Shown: piece by piece, positions 61,106-64,000 of the stretch
How the letters are laid out: each line of letters starts with the position of its first letter
Position numbering within the stretch: the stretch's first letter is position 1
Origin: a bacterium
GTDB lineage: Bacteria; UBA8248; JACPRG01; G963555815
Direction: 5' to 3'
DNA: 64,000 nucleotides
Assembly (NCBI GenBank): GCA_963555815.3
Contig: CAUVWX020000001.1
Location: forward strand, 896,001 to 960,000
Notes under the pieces: model-generated
Told to the model about the DNA's origin: nothing
Databases searched by the model: none
Seen by the model: only the letters and a program-made list of their open reading frames with translations
Made by a program: the position numbers and the translations under genes

Positions 61106-63168
61106 AGGTTCGCAACCTCGGACACTATCGCCCCAGCTTCCGCTCCAGTCAGGCCGGACGCGCGCGTCATACTGGGAGATTCCATCTCGTTCAAATACTG
61201 AGACCTCGTGAGGCGTGCGACGGGGTTCTGTGTCAACGCCATCGCCTGCGCTCCGGTATGCTGGGCGACATGCGAAATGATGCAGCACGCCATCGCTCGG
61301 GTCACCGACACGTAGAACAAGCGCCTCTGCTCGATGAGAAGCCCCGTCGCTTGCAGCGCCTTGAAGTTTGGCATGATGCCCTGCTCGGCGGACGGAATGA
61401 ACACGACCTTTCCGCTCAGGCCCTTGGCTCCGTGCATGGTCAAGATTCGGATTTTCTTCTGTACCGCAGTTGGGGTCGGAGGCGACCCTCCGCCGATCCG
61501 CTGATTGACGAGATCAAGTATCGCCTGTTGGTCCGACTCGCTATCAGCAGCCAGAAACTGGAGTAACTCCTCCAGCGTGATCTGGCCTGGTAACGCATCG
61601 ACAAGGGTGTTCCACATAGTCACGTTGTTTGCCGCGTTGCCACCTGAAGTGAAAACGTGGGCCGAGAGAAGGCCTGTGATGTCTGCCGTTCTCGAAGCAA
61701 GCGTATCCGCCATTGTCCAATTGGCAGCGACCTGAACTATGGCCATGACTCGCTGGACGGCAGACGCTGGCCTCCCGGTGAGCCATGAGGGACAGGCCGG
61801 CAGATGGAAAAGATTACGGAAGTTCTGGTTGTTGGTGATGCATGCGTCTGCCACGGCCTTTGCCGTGACGTGTCCCACGCCAGACAGGACTCCCAGGATG
61901 TCGCGGTGCGCGGGGTAGTCCTCCTCGCTGGTTGCTTGGTCCCTGGCGATCCTCAACAACGCATAGACGGCCCGGATTGGCTCATATTCGTTGACTAGGC
62001 TTGCCCCGCGAGGCGGATCGTACGGCAATCCGAGGTTCCCAAGTTCTTGCGCCATGAGGTTCAGCTGGACGCGACGGTTTGAGATCAAGATCAGGATCTC
62101 GTCTTCGCGGCCGGCCATTCCGGCGTTGATGAGCTCTTGACAGGAGCGCGCGATAGCTTGTGCCTCTTCTTGTGCGGTCTGGAAGGACCAGACCCATAGC
62201 CTTCCCTGGACAGGAGGTGTTGCCGTCCCGTAGAGGGAGACAAGATCCTTCGCAACGCGGGTCGGGTTGTACGCGATCAGGCGACTCGCCGGCGCTAGAA
62301 TCTGCGGAGCACAGCGGAAACAGTCCGTCAGGATGTGGGTAGACGACAACGGATAAACTCCGGGGAATTGGACGATCCCGTCGGGATTCGCATGCCGAAA
62401 TGAGTAGATACTCTGATCGTCATCACCGGCGACGAACAAGACCGCACCGTTTGAGCTGAGCACCCTCACGAATTCCTGGTCGCAGGCGTTTAGGTCCTGA
62501 AACTCATCAACGATTAGATGGTCGATGCTGGGAAGCTGGTTGGGCTGTAGGGCACCCTGATGAATGGCATCCACACACTTAAAGATGACTTCCCCGGGGA
62601 GAATGCAGCTGTACAGGTTCGTGCGAGCGGCGTGGAAAGCGTTGAATCCCTGGACCTCGGCTGGTGTGATCAGGGCCTGGTTCACGTGTTGCGGGTTCAA
62701 TGTTTGCCACTGCGTGTCATGTGCCAGGCGTATCTCTGCTGCGCGTCCTAGAGTGCACGCCAGGCTGCCGGCGAGCTCGATGTCGTACACATTCGTCCGC
62801 TCCCAATCGTCCAGTATGATTGGCGTGCTCGGGTACGAGGCTAGCAAGTTCGCGTGACGGAGAATTCGCAGCGCGAGGGAGTGCATTGTCGATACCCGGA
62901 CCTGGGAGGCTGCGCCGGCGCAGGGAAGGTTCGAGCAGAAGTTCTGGATGCGTGCGCTGAGCTCGGCGCACGTCGCTCGAGTGAATGAAATGACGTAGAC
63001 ATTGCCCGGCGTTGCACCATTCGACAACAGATCGGCGACCCGCTTTTCAATGGTGCGGGACTTCCCCGTACCGGGGCCCGCTACCAGCCTGACCTGCGCG
63101 GCGCTATCCCGGGCCGTAGTCCATTGCCTCCGTTCGGCTTGAGCTTTCTGAGCAGCGGTGATGGGCAT
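61102..63168 (-). CDS. UvrD/Rep superfamily 1 helicase
   Basis: AGPGTGKS, VDEFQD, GDDDQSIYSFR, TMHGAKGL, RRLFYVSVTRA. Confidence 0.92.
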   Translation of the reverse strand: MPITAAQKAQAERRQWTTARDSAAQVRLVAGPGTGKSRTIEKRVADLLSNGATPGNVYVISFTRATCAELSARIQNFCSNLPCAGAASQVRVSTMHSLALRILRHANLLASYPSTPIILDDWERTNVYDIELAGSLACTLGRAAEIRLAHDTQWQTLNPQHVNQALITPAEVQGFNAFHAARTNLYSCILPGEVIFKCVDAIHQGALQPNQLPSIDHLIVDEFQDLNACDQEFVRVLSSNGAVLFVAGDDDQSIYSFRHANPDGIVQFPGVYPLSSTHILTDCFRCAPQILAPASRLIAYNPTRVAKDLVSLYGTATPPVQGRLWVWSFQTAQEEAQAIARSCQELINAGMAGREDEILILISNRRVQLNLMAQELGNLGLPYDPPRGASLVNEYEPIRAVYALLRIARDQATSEEDYPAHRDILGVLSGVGHVTAKAVADACITNNQNFRNLFHLPACPSWLTGRPASAVQRVMAIVQVAANWTMADTLASRTADITGLLSAHVFTSGGNAANNVTMWNTLVDALPGQITLEELLQFLAADSESDQQAILDLVNQRIGGGSPPTPTAVQKKIRILTMHGAKGLSGKVVFIPSAEQGIMPNFKALQATGLLIEQRRLFYVSVTRAMACCIISHVAQHTGAQAMALTQNPVARLTRSQYLNEMESPSMTRASGLTGAEAGAIVSEVANL

Positions 63169-63170
63169 GA

Positions 63171-64000
63171 CTATGATCCCCCTCCCGCTGCCACGACCGC
63201 CTCAGCCGGTATCTCGAAGAACCGCGCCGCCACGATCTCGCGCTTCGCGTGGTCCAATCGGGCCGCGGGGTTCTGGATTCGGACCAACTCGGGGGTCTTC
63301 CCCAGGGGGTCCCACACCACGTACAGCCAATACGTCTCGGCCAGCTGCTGAGCCTTGTACCATTCGTTCGTGGTCAAACGGACCGGCTGCCCACGCATCC
63401 GTCCCTTAACTTCGACGCGCTTCACGATCACATCGCCTGTCGCCTCGTCCGCGACCCTGTGGGCCCGGACGTCGAAGCCGATCTTCAGGTGTCCTACGCG
63501 CTCGATGCGGTCCTCGGGGAACCCTTCCTCTTTGAGCGCGGCAATGGTCATGTCCTCGGCTGCCAGTTCGCTTTTCCTCCGAATGTTCGGATCGAGCTCG
63601 TCCGCGAGGTCCGCAAGCTGGCTTTCCGTATCCGCGTCAGGCGCCAAGACGATGGCCGTGGCGACATGACGCACGGGGCCGGTACGGGCGACCTCGAGCC
63701 GGTTCAAACCATCAAGGCGCTCGTCCCGTCCCCGCTGAAGCTCATCGACTTGTTTTCGCGCTCCGTCCGCCGACAACTTGTATTCAGGCTTGCTCGTCGC
63801 CTCTGCAGCCAGAAGCATGGCCCGTTCCTGGGCCCGCTTGATACGGGCATCAAAGGACCGCTCCAGGTACTCCTGGCAGGTGCGGGCAAAGTGCTGCCGT
63901 TCTTCTTGGCAGCGAGCGCGGCAGTCCAACTGGTACGTGCTCTTCAGGTAGTCCGAAGCCGCCTGCGTGTCCACCAAATCAAGTGCGGCCGGCGGGCTCG
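63171..64000 (-). CDS. C-terminus of a probable SNF2-type helicase with DUF3883 (PD-(D/E)XK-like) domain; 5' part outside window
   Basis: Coiled coil then ELAA..GFDVRA..RVEVKGR..LTTNEW..YWLYVV; the helicase part is inferred from context, not seen. Confidence 0.75.
   Translation of the reverse strand, partial: SPPAALDLVDTQAASDYLKSTYQLDCRARCQEERQHFARTCQEYLERSFDARIKRAQERAMLLAAEATSKPEYKLSADGARKQVDELQRGRDERLDGLNRLEVARTGPVRHVATAIVLAPDADTESQLADLADELDPNIRRKSELAAEDMTIAALKEEGFPEDRIERVGHLKIGFDVRAHRVADEATGDVIVKRVEVKGRMRGQPVRLTTNEWYKAQQLAETYWLYVVWDPLGKTPELVRIQNPAARLDHAKREIVAARFFEIPAEAVVAAGGGS

Noticed and set aside
61102..63168. Gabija or canonical DISARM/BREX call
   Set aside because: No GajA, DrmAB, PglZ or BrxL is visible; only the DUF499/DUF1156 architecture is supported

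Overview
GC-rich bacterial chromosomal window with two parts. Left (~1-33.9 kb), mostly core genes: LON-N protein, dtd, TIGR02757-like protein, membrane sulfatase, a DtxR-boxed operon (multicopper oxidase, ZIP transporter, cytochrome c, SCO), rtcA, an AbiV-like protein, a TatT-associated TRAP transporter (dctM frameshifted in a G8 run), nadA-nadC, a serine-biosynthesis operon, a Liv-type ABC transporter, carAB, tRNA-Leu(TAA), a small Flp pilin missed by the ORF track, and tRNA-Ala(GGC). Right (~34-64 kb), an accessory, island-like region starting at tRNA-Ala: a mosaic TPR lipoprotein bracketed by the tRNA and an inverted copy of its 3' half, nfeD-floA, a CzcCBA-type RND pump, a MerR regulator with an atypical P1B ATPase, a HEPN-motif (MauJ-like) gene pair, a tyrosine integrase, and a tightly coupled restriction-like operon (DUF3883 helicase-nuclease [cut by window end], UvrD helicase, DUF1156 methyltransferase, DUF499 ATPase, signal-less thermonuclease). 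That operon is the best candidate for a new variant of an anti-phage system. All family calls come from motif recognition by eye; no database searches were run.
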